This document shows, one piece after another, positions 51,447 through 61,626 of a DNA stretch of 64,000 bases. The notes below the pieces were generated by a model that saw only the letters and a list, made by a program, of their open reading frames with translations, did not search any database and was not told where the DNA came from. Where the stretch lies: contig CAZEGV010000001.1 in NCBI GenBank assembly GCA_964511645.1, positions 11,343 through 75,342 of the forward strand, written 5' to 3'. The first letter of the stretch is position 1. Each line of letters opens with the position of its first letter. Position numbers and translations under genes: made by a program. Origin of the DNA: an uncultured Cytophagales bacterium. GTDB lineage: Bacteria > Bacteroidota > Bacteroidia > Cytophagales > JAAEPT01.

Positions 51447-52724
51447 ATGAATTTATTTATAATTGCGACAATACTTATCGTATTGTCATCACTATTTGGT
51501 TATCTAAATGTAAAATTCCTTAAGCTCCCCAATACAATTGGGCTGATGCTTATTGCCATCATCTTTACATTAGGCTTATTCTTAACTAGTTTCATTCACC
51601 CAATAGCACTCAATGCTGCCAAAGACTTAGTAAAAGAAATAGACTTTAAAACCGTCTTACTAGATGTAATGCTAGGCTTCTTACTCTTTGCTGGTGCTTT
51701 ACACACCAACTTCAATCAACTCAAGGTACAGCGATGGCCTATATTAGTTTTTGCTACTACTGGTGTTTTAGCATCTACTTTTATTATAGGTGCCTTAGGT
51801 TATTACTTGTTTTCTATGATTGGGCTTGATGTTCAGTTTATCCATTGCCTGCTATTTGGGGCACTCATCTCCCCCACTGACCCAATTGCGGTGCTCGGTA
51901 TTATGAAAAAAATTGGAATGCCTAAAAAGCTAGAAACTAAAATTGTAGGAGAATCATTATTTAATGACGGAGTGGGTGTTGTTGTCTTTCTTACTATCCT
52001 CAAAATAGCAATGGGCAGTGCTGACGGTGGAAATACTTCCGTTAATGATGTATTAATATTATTTAGCAAAGAAGTAGTAGGTGGAATCCTTTTTGGGACG
52101 CTCATCGGCTATGTTACTTACCTATTATTAAAATCTATAGATGATTATGAAATAGAAGTGATGATTACCCTTGCTTGTGTGATGGGAGGATATGTATCCG
52201 CTCATTCTCTTCATCTATCTGCTCCCTTAGCGATAGTAGTAGCAGGACTTATTGTAGGCAATAATACCGTAAGGGATACAGCCATGTCTGACATTACAGA
52301 AGAGTTTGTAGATAAATTTTGGGAGCTGATAGACATACTCCTCAACGCATTATTATTTGTTTTGATAGGCTTAGAACTACTTATCATCACTTTTGACGTA
52401 GGTTATATCGTAGCAGGATTAGTTTCTATTTTTATAGTACTTCTCGCTCGGTATCTATCATTGGCACTTCCTGTTAAGTTATTTTCAAAACGTTTAGAGT
52501 TTTTACCACACACAACCTCTATCATGACTTGGGGCGGACTAAGAGGCGGGATCTCTATTGCCCTTGCTTTAAGCTTACCAGAAGAAATGAACCGAGACTT
52601 ATTTTTAACTGTTACCTATGTCGTAGTTGTGTTTTCTATCTTAGCACAAGGCTTAACGATAGGTACAGTTGCTACACGTCTGTTAGGAAAAGATAAAATG
52701 AATGCTTCGGAAGACAGTCATTAA
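51447..52724 (+). CDS. CPA1-family Na+/H+ antiporter (NhaP-like)
   Basis: [31 protein letters not shown]; start moved to the ATG at 51447. Confidence 0.92.
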   Translation: MNLFIIATILIVLSSLFGYLNVKFLKLPNTIGLMLIAIIFTLGLFLTSFIHPIALNAAKDLVKEIDFKTVLLDVMLGFLLFAGALHTNFNQLKVQRWPILVFATTGVLASTFIIGALGYYLFSMIGLDVQFIHCLLFGALISPTDPIAVLGIMKKIGMPKKLETKIVGESLFNDGVGVVVFLTILKIAMGSADGGNTSVNDVLILFSKEVVGGILFGTLIGYVTYLLLKSIDDYEIEVMITLACVMGGYVSAHSLHLSAPLAIVVAGLIVGNNTVRDTAMSDITEEFVDKFWELIDILLNALLFVLIGLELLIITFDVGYIVAGLVSIFIVLLARYLSLALPVKLFSKRLEFLPHTTSIMTWGGLRGGISIALALSLPEEMNRDLFLTVTYVVVVFSILAQGLTIGTVATRLLGKDKMNASEDSH

Positions 52725-52788
52725 GAGAACAACTCTCGATGTCTAGCACAGAAAACATTTTAAACAAAAAAAACAATTAGAAGAAGAT

Positions 52789-53754
52789 ATGTTACACCCG
52801 AAAATAAAAAATACAATAATCGTTATTGGTATGCCTACGCTTTACGCTGTTGTATTACGAGTTTTATTTGGTGTTAAAAGTTGGGAAGATTTATTCTCAG
52901 TAATGACACTTACTTTTTTGGTTTTGTTACCAACAATTATGGGGGTTTTAGCAGTGTTTTTATCTGATAAAAGTAAGGTTGAAAAATTATGGTATCGAAT
53001 TTTCATTCCCTGGATACCAATATTATTATTCCTAGTAGTAACGATTCTTTTCGAACTGGAAGGTTGGGCATGTTGGATTATGATTTTACCCATATTTCTA
53101 ATTACATCATCAATTGGTGGTCTAATAGGCGGGTATTTAAAACTTAAAAAAAAGAACAATAGACTGAATGTTTCCATTCTTGTTTTATTGCCGCTGTTAA
53201 TTTCACCAATAGAAAACTTAATAGAAACAATTCCAGGGACATATAAAGCATATACATATATTGATATTAACGCATCTGCGGAGACCATTTGGGGTAATGT
53301 CACCCGTGTCAAAGAAATAACAGAAAAAGAAGATAACGGTTTCTTGAGTAACTTTTTAGGTTTCCCAAGACCTGTAAAAGCAGAATTAGATTTTGAAGGT
53401 GTTGGAGCATTTAGAGCCGCAAAATTTACAAATGGATTAATATTTAATGAAACAGTAACGGAATATAAAGACAACGAAAAAATGGTCTTCACAATTAAAG
53501 CAAACACTTATGATATCCCATCAACAACATTAGATGAACATATCTTAATCGGAGGAGATTATTTCGACGTTCTAAATGGTACCTATGAGCTTGAAAAGCT
53601 AGAAAATGGTAAACATAGGTTACACCTATATAGCCACTTCAAAATGAATACTATGTTTAATTTTTATGCTGGCTGGTGAGGAAAGTGGATAATGAAAGAC
53701 ATCCAAAATAACATATTAAAAATTGAAAAAAAACGATCAGAGAGTAAGCACTAA
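52789..53754 (+). pseudogene. Membrane protein with SRPBCC-like C-terminal domain, interrupted by an in-frame TGA at 53677-53679
   Basis: Four TM helices (EGWAC..M.LP), then I.I.ASAETIW; reading continues AGW*GKWIMKDIQNNIL...SKH* to TAA at 53754. Confidence 0.55.
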
Positions 53755-53802
53755 AGAACAAATTGAAATCTCATTACTTTCAATCACTACATAATCAACC
53801 CC

Positions 53803-55056
53803 ATGAAAAAAATCATACTATTATTTATCGTTAGTTCATCAATACTAGGTACTTACGCACAGCAAGACACGGCAAGAGTCGTTGGTTACCTCCCTTCTTA
53901 TCGCTTTACCTTGAGCTCACAAATAGAATACTGTAAACTGACCCATCTTAACCTCTCTTTCGCTAATCCCAAAGCAAATGGAATTTTAACCATGAGTGGC
54001 AATGTGAACAATGTAATGACCGATGCTAGAAGTCAAAACCCTAATATCAAAATCTATATTTCGCTAGCAGGCGGAGCAGTATCAAGCAGTAGCCCTAAAG
54101 GAATTATATGGTCAAACCTCATTGACACCCCTGCCAATCGACCTGATTTTATTCATAAAATCATTCAGTATGTCAACATGAACCAATTTGATGGTGTAGA
54201 TATAGACTTAGAATGGTCAGCAGTAACATCGGGTTATAGCGGTTTTGTAACCGAACTAAAAGACTCTCTAGACAAATATGACAAAGGAATAACAGCAGCC
54301 TTACCCAATACTCGGTTCTCAAACATCAATCAAGAAGCCTTAAATGCTTTCGACTTTATTAACATCATGGCTTACGATGCTACAGGGTCATGGGCTCCCA
54401 GTAACTTTGGGCAACACAGTTCTTACAACTATGCATTAAGCGGAATTAACCTCTGGCAAAACAGCAACAATAATATTCCAAAAGAAAGACTTACTTTAGG
54501 AATCCCTTTTTATGGTTACAATTTCATATCACCTACTAGCACCAGCTCATTCACCTTTGCCGAAATAGTTAGCTTAGACACCAATAATGCTAAGCTCAAT
54601 CAAGTAAGTAAGATGTATTATAACGGAATCCCCCTAATTCAATCCAAAGTAGAACTTGCCAAACTGAAAACAAGCGGTATCATGATTTGGGAAATTGGGC
54701 AAGACTCATTTGATAAATACTCATTGCTGTCTGCCATCCACGACCGATATACCATACTAAACGTACATACCACAGGTTTGTGTGGAAATTACCCCGTAGG
54801 ACTCTACGAAAAAGAAAACAGTCTTTCAAACCAAATATACCCCAACCCTGCTACTAACGAATTTATGATTTTTTTACCTCAATCAGGAGATGTTTCTGTG
54901 CAAATCACAAATACCATTGGGCAAAATATTTCAATCAAAAGCACTCAAAATACAAATCAACTCATATATAACACCGCAACACTTCCACGAGGCGTGTATA
55001 TAATAAATGTCACTCAAAACGAAAAACACGCAAGTCATAAACTTATTTTAAATTAA
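53803..55056 (+). CDS. GH18 chitinase-like hydrolase with T9SS CTD
   Basis: VGYLPSY, FDGVDIDLEW, IMAYD, GIMIWEIGQD, IYPNP...GVYII CTD. Confidence 0.9.
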   Translation: MKKIILLFIVSSSILGTYAQQDTARVVGYLPSYRFTLSSQIEYCKLTHLNLSFANPKANGILTMSGNVNNVMTDARSQNPNIKIYISLAGGAVSSSSPKGIIWSNLIDTPANRPDFIHKIIQYVNMNQFDGVDIDLEWSAVTSGYSGFVTELKDSLDKYDKGITAALPNTRFSNINQEALNAFDFINIMAYDATGSWAPSNFGQHSSYNYALSGINLWQNSNNNIPKERLTLGIPFYGYNFISPTSTSSFTFAEIVSLDTNNAKLNQVSKMYYNGIPLIQSKVELAKLKTSGIMIWEIGQDSFDKYSLLSAIHDRYTILNVHTTGLCGNYPVGLYEKENSLSNQIYPNPATNEFMIFLPQSGDVSVQITNTIGQNISIKSTQNTNQLIYNTATLPRGVYIINVTQNEKHASHKLILN

Positions 55057-55090
55057 GGGCGTGTCCGTCTACTGACGGATCCCTCACGCA
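55056..55090 (-). repeat. Minimal copy E8 of the structured repeat family
   Basis: Minus strand TGCGTGAGGGATCCGTCAGTAGACGGACACGCCCT; 22 nt (55063-55084) are the exact reverse complement of 1592-1613. Confidence 0.75.
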
Positions 55091-55108
55091 TCATCATAAC
55101 GCACAATA

Positions 55109-55990
55109 TTGAAAGCAACTATATACCTTATCATAGCCACCTCTTTATGGGGGTTTAATTTTCATTTTTCCAAGCTCGTACTTCGCGAAGTCGAATTTCT
55201 TGAAGGAGGACTTTGGCGGTATATCTGTGCTGTAAGCATTTTGGTGATTCTGAGTTTCAACAAACTACCTTCCGTCAAAGTATTTAAAGAAAACCTAAAA
55301 GAAATAGTAGCCGTAGGTATTGTTATTTTTTTATTCAACGTATTGTTCTTTTGGGGAATGAAAACTACCTCAGGCATCAACGGAGCACTCATTATGGGCA
55401 TCAACCCTACTGTGACACTTATCCTATCCCATTTCATACTCAAAACCCCAATTAAACGCAACCATATATTTGGTATCAGTTTAGCATTATTTGGCGTATT
55501 GTATTTGTTATTAAAAGGGAATATATCAGATATCACCAGTCTATCCTTTTCCACTGGGGACTTATTGGTTTTAATTGCAATTAGCTTTTTTGCACTGCAT
55601 CATGTTTGGGTCAAGAAATACTCCAAACCAACAGTTAGCAACCAAGAATTTACCACTATGGTAGCAATTGTTGCATTGTTCTGTTTTATATTGATTTCAC
55701 CTTTTTCAGGCATACCTAACGTAAGTAATCACAGTCAATCATTCTGGATTGGGGCAATCGGTATCGGATGCTTAGGTACAGGTATTTCTTATCTTTTTTG
55801 GTACAAAGGCATTCAATTGATTGGAGCAAACAAAGCGGGTGTATTCGTTAACCTTGTACCACTCTCTGCTGGGCTCAGTGCTACTTTTTTTGGTGAACAT
55901 CTTAATTATTACCACTTTATCAGTGGTGCATTAATTATCTTAGGTTTAATCGTTATGCAGGTTACGTTTTCTAAGAGAAAAAATAGCTAA
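55109..55990 (+). CDS. DMT/EamA-family transporter
   Basis: Ten TM helices in two EamA repeats, LWG.NF, G..IGANKAG.F.NL.P. Confidence 0.88.
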   Translation: MKATIYLIIATSLWGFNFHFSKLVLREVEFLEGGLWRYICAVSILVILSFNKLPSVKVFKENLKEIVAVGIVIFLFNVLFFWGMKTTSGINGALIMGINPTVTLILSHFILKTPIKRNHIFGISLALFGVLYLLLKGNISDITSLSFSTGDLLVLIAISFFALHHVWVKKYSKPTVSNQEFTTMVAIVALFCFILISPFSGIPNVSNHSQSFWIGAIGIGCLGTGISYLFWYKGIQLIGANKAGVFVNLVPLSAGLSATFFGEHLNYYHFISGALIILGLIVMQVTFSKRKNS

Positions 55991-55998
55991 AAATCAAA

Positions 55999-56409
55999 TC
56001 ACTCTAAAAGTCGATATTGAAGCACGCCATTATCATCATTTACTTGCACTTCAAATAAATCCTTTCCTTCTAATCCTCTAAAAATTTCTTGTATCTTTTC
56101 CACTGGCTTGTTTAGTTTAGTAGATGTTCCTGCTACTGTTAATACCCCGTTTTGGGTACGAGCCAAATTAATCAACTGTAACTCAAGTGATGCTTGAGAA
56201 TCTTCCTTCCATTTTTTTCTTGATTGCATCAATAATACCCCCCCCGCAATTAACGGCAATAGTATCACAAACGACATTAAAACAAAGTGGTTAGCTATAA
56301 AATCTTGAGTAATAGCTTCCAAAAGAACCATAATAACCAAAGCTAAAAAAGAAATTGCAATTAAGGTGATCCCTATCACAAATCGAATGAGGTTACTTAC
56401 ATTAAACAT
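55999..56409 (-). CDS. Hypothetical membrane protein
   Basis: Two TM helices followed by a winged-helix-like tail. Confidence 0.6.
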   Translation of the reverse strand: MFNVSNLIRFVIGITLIAISFLALVIMVLLEAITQDFIANHFVLMSFVILLPLIAGGVLLMQSRKKWKEDSQASLELQLINLARTQNGVLTVAGTSTKLNKPVEKIQEIFRGLEGKDLFEVQVNDDNGVLQYRLLE

Positions 56410-56434
56410 ATACTTTTTATTTTATTACAAACCA

Positions 56435-56481
56435 AAAAGACATCATACCTTGTAATAATTTCACAAGGTATGATGTCTTTA
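56435..56481 (-). terminator. Intrinsic terminator after the DUF2795 gene
   Basis: AAAAGACATCATACCTTGT-loop-ACAAGGTATGATGTCTTTT. Confidence 0.8.
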
Positions 56482-56498
56482 ATTATTAAATAATAAAT

Positions 56499-56720
56499 TT
56501 AATATTCATCTTCGTTGAATAGAAAATCATCTTTAGTCGGATAATCCGGCCATATTTCTTCTATAGTTTCATATGGTTCTCCATCATCTTCTAATTCTTG
56601 TAAATTTTCGGCAACCTCTGCTGGTGCTCCCCTTCTTATCGAGTAATCTATTAACTCATCTTTAGTAGCCGGCCAAGGCGCGTCTTCCAAGTATGATGCT
56701 AATTCTAGTGTCCAATACAT
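56499..56720 (-). CDS. DUF2795 small protein
   Basis: MYWTLELASYLEDAPWPATKDELIDY, highly conserved in Bacteroidota. Confidence 0.88.
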   Translation of the reverse strand: MYWTLELASYLEDAPWPATKDELIDYSIRRGAPAEVAENLQELEDDGEPYETIEEIWPDYPTKDDFLFNEDEY

Positions 56721-56814
56721 ATTTATTCTTTTTTTTACTATTAACTAATTGCAAAAGTAATTTATTTTTTCAAATCTGCAAGTTTATTTTAAAATACTCA
56801 AATTACGTACCAAA

Positions 56815-58044
56815 TTATTTTTTGACTGATAATTCTTTAAGTAAAGTTTCTTTTGCCTGTAATTTTCGTTGTTTAAGTCTTAATTGTCCTTCAAATAATT
56901 TAGCCGTTTCTCCAGTAGAAAACACTAACATTTTATCCATATTGTCCTCTAACGTTACTAATTCATCCTTATCCCTTCTCACACACTTGCGTAAAAATTT
57001 AATCATTTCAGTTTGATAAGCCTCTTTATCATCTTTTGAAACGCTCTGTTTTTGAAGTTGATAATGAACAAAACTCAATTCATGTAACTTATCACATTGT
57101 GTATAAAAACTTTTAGCAATTTTTTTATCCTCAACGTTATACCTTGCTCTTAAAGAAGAGAAATTTCCTTGTAAGGTTCTTAGTTCCTTAGCATCAATCT
57201 CTGTTTCTGATAGTTTTAACAGCTCATCAAGTAAGTCTTTACGTTGAACTGTCTGACTTGATATTCCTTTTGAAAAAACATCTTTGCTACTCGCCGTGTC
57301 CTCCTTTGCCAAAGCTTGATTAAAAGCACTTAATTTTTCTTGATAAATTTCTGCGGGAACCCCACCTATCGTTTTCCATTGTTTTTTTAAATCTACAAAA
57401 TCAGACTTAAGAGCATCAGGTTTTAAGGCAATTGCCTTCTCTACCAGAAATTGATAATTTTCAACTCTACCCTCTATCAGCTCTTGTTTTTCTTCAAAAT
57501 AAAGCTTTCTTTCATCAAAAAATTGTTGGGTCTTAGTAGAAAAACTTTCCTCTAAACTTTTTTCTTTATCTGCTTCAACCCTTCCTGTTTTTATCCAATT
57601 TTGTTGTAATTCTTTCACTCTCTCAATTCCTTCCACCCAATTTTTGGCATCAATCACAACGTCAATATCTTCTAAAATTGCTATTTTTATTTCGGTGTTT
57701 TTCACCCGATTGGCTGATATCTGTTGCTCAATAACCTCAGCCATTCCTTGAAGTCTTTCTTCTATAACAACTAAGTCTCCCAAAACTTTTACCTCACCTA
57801 TCTGACTCAGTAAATATTTAACTTTCATAATGTGAGACCCCTTGTTTTCGCTTTGATCAATTTTCTCTTGAAGTTTATCAACTTCAAGAGAAAATTGATC
57901 AAACCTTCCTTCAAAATACTTTACCGTATCTTCTTCTGAGATTTTTATTTCACCAATTTCTCTATCTGGGTAAGACAACACTGCTTTGAGAAATAATTTC
58001 TCATCTTTAAAATATCCAAAATCCATCATATCTTTATAAAACAT
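56815..58044 (-). CDS. DUF349 family coiled-coil protein
   Basis: Repeated LQ..W.K.G.V / WK.IGGVP helical units. Confidence 0.75.
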   Translation of the reverse strand: MFYKDMMDFGYFKDEKLFLKAVLSYPDREIGEIKISEEDTVKYFEGRFDQFSLEVDKLQEKIDQSENKGSHIMKVKYLLSQIGEVKVLGDLVVIEERLQGMAEVIEQQISANRVKNTEIKIAILEDIDVVIDAKNWVEGIERVKELQQNWIKTGRVEADKEKSLEESFSTKTQQFFDERKLYFEEKQELIEGRVENYQFLVEKAIALKPDALKSDFVDLKKQWKTIGGVPAEIYQEKLSAFNQALAKEDTASSKDVFSKGISSQTVQRKDLLDELLKLSETEIDAKELRTLQGNFSSLRARYNVEDKKIAKSFYTQCDKLHELSFVHYQLQKQSVSKDDKEAYQTEMIKFLRKCVRRDKDELVTLEDNMDKMLVFSTGETAKLFEGQLRLKQRKLQAKETLLKELSVKK

Positions 58045-58068
58045 TGACTAAGCCTGCAACTTGCCTCA

Positions 58069-60069
58069 TCAATACCTTCCTAATATTTTTCTTACTGCCC
58101 ACTCGCAGATTAATAACACAATTAACAACACAAAAATCCATTTATAATGGATTATATCTTTATAAGTAACTAATTCCTTCAATAAAGTCGTTCCTTTATA
58201 CTTTTTAACATCTAACGAAAGAAAATCAACAAGGTTTAAAAAATCCCCCTTATTATTTTTAGCTAATTTTTGTAAGCCTGATTGATTCATTACTAAATCC
58301 ATCACTTCAATATTATTTTCTATTACAGAAAAGCTACCCTTTTTTATGTGTTTCACACCTTTATGGTTAATTTGAGTAGTATAGTAATACTTTCCTTGTG
58401 AAAATTGTTTTAGTTTATATACCGATTTAATATCTGACAGTACATAAGAAAATACTTTAGAACCTAATTCACCTTCTTTTTTGACAGTAACCCTAACAGG
58501 CATATTCCCTAATCGCTCTCCCGACTTCGTTGTAAAAGAAATATTTAAAACAGGCACTTCTATAGTGGAGTAAATTTGTTTATCCAAAAAAACCACTAAG
58601 CCTTGTTTATCCTCTTCTGAAGCACAGAAATTGATGAGCTTGTAAAAAAAATCTTCTACCACCTTCTCTTCCTTGCTATTTTCATACATCTTTAACCTCC
58701 ACCAACCATCTCCCAATACTACTGCTTGATGAGGTAATTGATTTGCTTTTATCGCTACGAGAGGTTTTTGAGTTTTTAACTCTCCTACTCTCTGATTCAG
58801 CACCGACTCACCACTATTAAGTATAATTTCACCAAAAGGAACAGACAAGGGCTGTACGCTACGGAACAAATCAAAGTTGTTATGCTCTATAACAAAATCC
58901 GAAAAACTAGTATTCAAGACAGGAAGCACCTCATCCGCATCAACAGAGTATTTTTTAAAGTTAAACCATCCTAAATTGATATTTTTTTTAGGGTCGATAA
59001 TAAAATAAATACTCCCTTTCTTTTCTACTTTTTGTTTTAGTACTCCTTTAGGAATTATATCACAAAAAACATATACATCTGCCTCAGTATCTTCTGAAGA
59101 GAGTTTTTCATACTCGTATTTAATTTTGACATTATACTTATCATTACTAGATAAAATCTCATCCAACATCCCTATTGTTGGATGAGGGTAAGCGGCGTAT
59201 ATTAATACTCGTTTGCTATCTTCTACAACGTTAACAGCAAAATACCTTTGATTATTATGAGGGTTTTGTTCTTCATCTATTTTTTTGACAAAAAGCTCGT
59301 ACCGATGCACCCCTACTGATTTTGCATTAAGCATTTTTGTGTACACAGCAGTCTCATTTACTAATAAAACATTCTGTTTATCTATTACCTCACCATCTTG
59401 CTTAAGAACAAGTGTCACCAAACGGTTATTAATCCCTTTTGCTCCAATATAAGCTTTGATAAGAAAATCATTTCCTTTAAAAATGCTCTTATTATAATTT
59501 ACTTTTTTTATAAAAATATCCTTTTGCTCTACCGACTCTCCTAAAGCAATTACATGAATCGGCATATTATAATATTGTTGGCTATAATCTAAGCCTACAT
59601 TATCAATTCCATCCGACAGAAAAAATACTCCTGCTAAGTTACTTCCATTGTACTTTTCCTTTACCCTTGATAAGGCTTGATGTATTGGACTTATTTTAGC
59701 TTTGTACCCATCTATCTTCTCTACTACTGACTCTTGATAAATCTTACCCCCTAGTTCTATTTCTAAATGTTTGATTTTTGTTTTTATTTTTTGTTTTTCA
59801 GTACTATCAAGTACCATATCTACAGATTTACTATTGTCCTGAAGCACAACATAGCTTGGCAGAATCTCAATATTACTATTGCTCTTGTATTGAGGTAAAA
59901 AAAATAGCAATAACAATCCTGCTACAGCAAAAAATCTAATTCCTGATAAAAAGTAATTTTGAAGCTTAGACCAAGATTCTTTTTTCTGATAAAGAATAAA
60001 CGCATAAGCCCCTGCCACCACAACGGTAACAAGTAATTGCCAAAATGATATATAAGAAAACACATCCAT
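58069..60069 (-). CDS. vWA-like membrane-anchored protein
   Basis: N-terminal TMs, LQDNSKSV, FLSDG.DN MIDAS-like motifs, C-terminal TM with EW..RK. Confidence 0.75.
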   Translation of the reverse strand: MDVFSYISFWQLLVTVVVAGAYAFILYQKKESWSKLQNYFLSGIRFFAVAGLLLLFFLPQYKSNSNIEILPSYVVLQDNSKSVDMVLDSTEKQKIKTKIKHLEIELGGKIYQESVVEKIDGYKAKISPIHQALSRVKEKYNGSNLAGVFFLSDGIDNVGLDYSQQYYNMPIHVIALGESVEQKDIFIKKVNYNKSIFKGNDFLIKAYIGAKGINNRLVTLVLKQDGEVIDKQNVLLVNETAVYTKMLNAKSVGVHRYELFVKKIDEEQNPHNNQRYFAVNVVEDSKRVLIYAAYPHPTIGMLDEILSSNDKYNVKIKYEYEKLSSEDTEADVYVFCDIIPKGVLKQKVEKKGSIYFIIDPKKNINLGWFNFKKYSVDADEVLPVLNTSFSDFVIEHNNFDLFRSVQPLSVPFGEIILNSGESVLNQRVGELKTQKPLVAIKANQLPHQAVVLGDGWWRLKMYENSKEEKVVEDFFYKLINFCASEEDKQGLVVFLDKQIYSTIEVPVLNISFTTKSGERLGNMPVRVTVKKEGELGSKVFSYVLSDIKSVYKLKQFSQGKYYYTTQINHKGVKHIKKGSFSVIENNIEVMDLVMNQSGLQKLAKNNKGDFLNLVDFLSLDVKKYKGTTLLKELVTYKDIIHYKWIFVLLIVLLICEWAVRKILGRY

Positions 60070-60076
60070 ATAAGTA

Positions 60077-60110
60077 AATAACGCATAAATAAAATTACTT
60101 ATGCGTTATT
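60077..60110 (-). terminator. Probable terminator after fabG
   Basis: AATAACGCATAA-loop-TTATGCGTTATT. Confidence 0.55.
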
Positions 60111-60129
60111 GTTATTAATTTCTACTTTA

Positions 60130-60882
60130 TTAAGTAAGCATTCCACCATCTACTTGCAATACCTGACCGGTAACGTAAGCAGACATATCAGAACCCAAGA
60201 ACACAGCACAATCAGCAATATCCTGACCTTGACCAATTCTTTTTAAAGGAATCCCTTTTATCCATTCCGAAGTTAGTTTTTCATCCAATTGAGCTGTCAT
60301 TTCTGTTTCTATAAACCCTGGTGCAATTGCATTAGATCTGATGTTTCTACTACCAATTTCTAAAGCAATAGATTTAGTAAATCCAATCATACCCGCTTTA
60401 GATGCCGAATAATTAGATTGTCCTGCATTACCACTAATCCCTACCACCGATGTAATATTGATAATAGATCCACTTCTTTGCTTCATCAATGGCTTCACAG
60501 CTGCTTTCACCACATTAAATACTGACTTTAAGTTTACCTTAAGTACAGCATCCCATTGTGCTTCATCCATTCTCATCAATAAGCCGTCTTTTGTAATTCC
60601 AGCATTATTTACAATAATATCAATATTACCAAACTCTTTAACGACATCATCTACCAAGACTTGTGCCGCATCATAATCCGAAGCATCCGATTTATACCCT
60701 TTTGCTTTAATGCCCATGCTAGCAAGTTCTTTTTCTAAAGCTAAAGCAGAGTCTACACTCGACAAGTAAGTAAACGCTACGTTAGCACCTTGCTCTGCAT
60801 AACGCAAAGCAATTGCTTTACCTATTCCTTTTGAAGCACCAGTAATCAGTGCATTTTTTCCTTCTAAAAGTTTCATATTCAT
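60130..60882 (-). CDS. fabG: 3-oxoacyl-ACP reductase
   Basis: TGASKGIG, NNAGITKDGL, NYSASKAG, VTGQVLQVDGGM. Confidence 0.93.
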   Translation of the reverse strand: MNMKLLEGKNALITGASKGIGKAIALRYAEQGANVAFTYLSSVDSALALEKELASMGIKAKGYKSDASDYDAAQVLVDDVVKEFGNIDIIVNNAGITKDGLLMRMDEAQWDAVLKVNLKSVFNVVKAAVKPLMKQRSGSIINITSVVGISGNAGQSNYSASKAGMIGFTKSIALEIGSRNIRSNAIAPGFIETEMTAQLDEKLTSEWIKGIPLKRIGQGQDIADCAVFLGSDMSAYVTGQVLQVDGGMLT

Positions 60883-60954
60883 CTATTTAATTTCAAACTA
60901 GAGTCCGCAAAATAGTTAAGACTTATAAGATTCGCAAGAGTCCTAAAAAAATAC

Positions 60955-60962
60955 TACCTTTG
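60955..60962 (+). promoter_or_regulatory. Bacteroidota -7 promoter element
   Basis: TACCTTTG 4 nt before the ATG at 60967. Confidence 0.45.
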
Positions 60963-60966
60963 TAGC

Positions 60967-61626
60967 ATGAATATTAGAGTATTTTACACCTTTTTAGTCA
61001 TTTTAACAGTTAGTCTTAGCAGTTGCTTCGAATTGTTGGAAATAGTAACACTTAGTGAAGACGGTAGTGGTTCAGCCAAAATCGTACTTAATATGAGTAG
61101 AAGTAGAACACAACTTAATGAAGTAACAAAAAAAGACTCTATCGGTAGCATTAAAATTCCTTCCCAAGAGAATGTGCTCAAGGCACTGAGTCACGCTACA
61201 GATACTTTATCTACGATCACTGGGATATCCAACGCTAAGTATAATGCTAATTTTGAAGATTATATCTTTACAATGACTGTTGACTTTGATTCCCCAGAGA
61301 AATTAAATACTGCTTATAATATATTGTTAAGTGGTAATAAGCACCTACGAGACTTATTTATTTATGCTTACAACAGTAATTTTTACTCTCGTACCATTAA
61401 TAGTAACGCAATTAACAAACTCAAACAACACAAAACATTATTATCTCTATACGGAATAGATAAAGGTAGGTTCACAACAATAGTCAAAACCAAAACTGAA
61501 ATCACAAACATTTCAAATCCAAAAACTAGATTAGCAACATCTCACAAATCAGTACTTAATCAAGTTACGATAGAGGAATTAATTAACACAAATAAACTCA
61601 ACCAATTAAAATTAAACTTCGAATGA
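60967..61626 (+). CDS. Hypothetical lipoprotein
   Basis: Lipobox LSSC, then E.....DGSG. Confidence 0.7.
   Translation: MNIRVFYTFLVILTVSLSSCFELLEIVTLSEDGSGSAKIVLNMSRSRTQLNEVTKKDSIGSIKIPSQENVLKALSHATDTLSTITGISNAKYNANFEDYIFTMTVDFDSPEKLNTAYNILLSGNKHLRDLFIYAYNSNFYSRTINSNAINKLKQHKTLLSLYGIDKGRFTTIVKTKTEITNISNPKTRLATSHKSVLNQVTIEELINTNKLNQLKLNFE

Noticed and set aside
53677-53679. Genome-wide TGA=Trp recoding or selenocysteine
   Set aside because: TGA is used as a normal stop in coupled overlaps elsewhere (7285-7287, 21282-21284 on -, 61624-61626), neighbouring Trp codons are TGG, and no SECIS-like hairpin follows.
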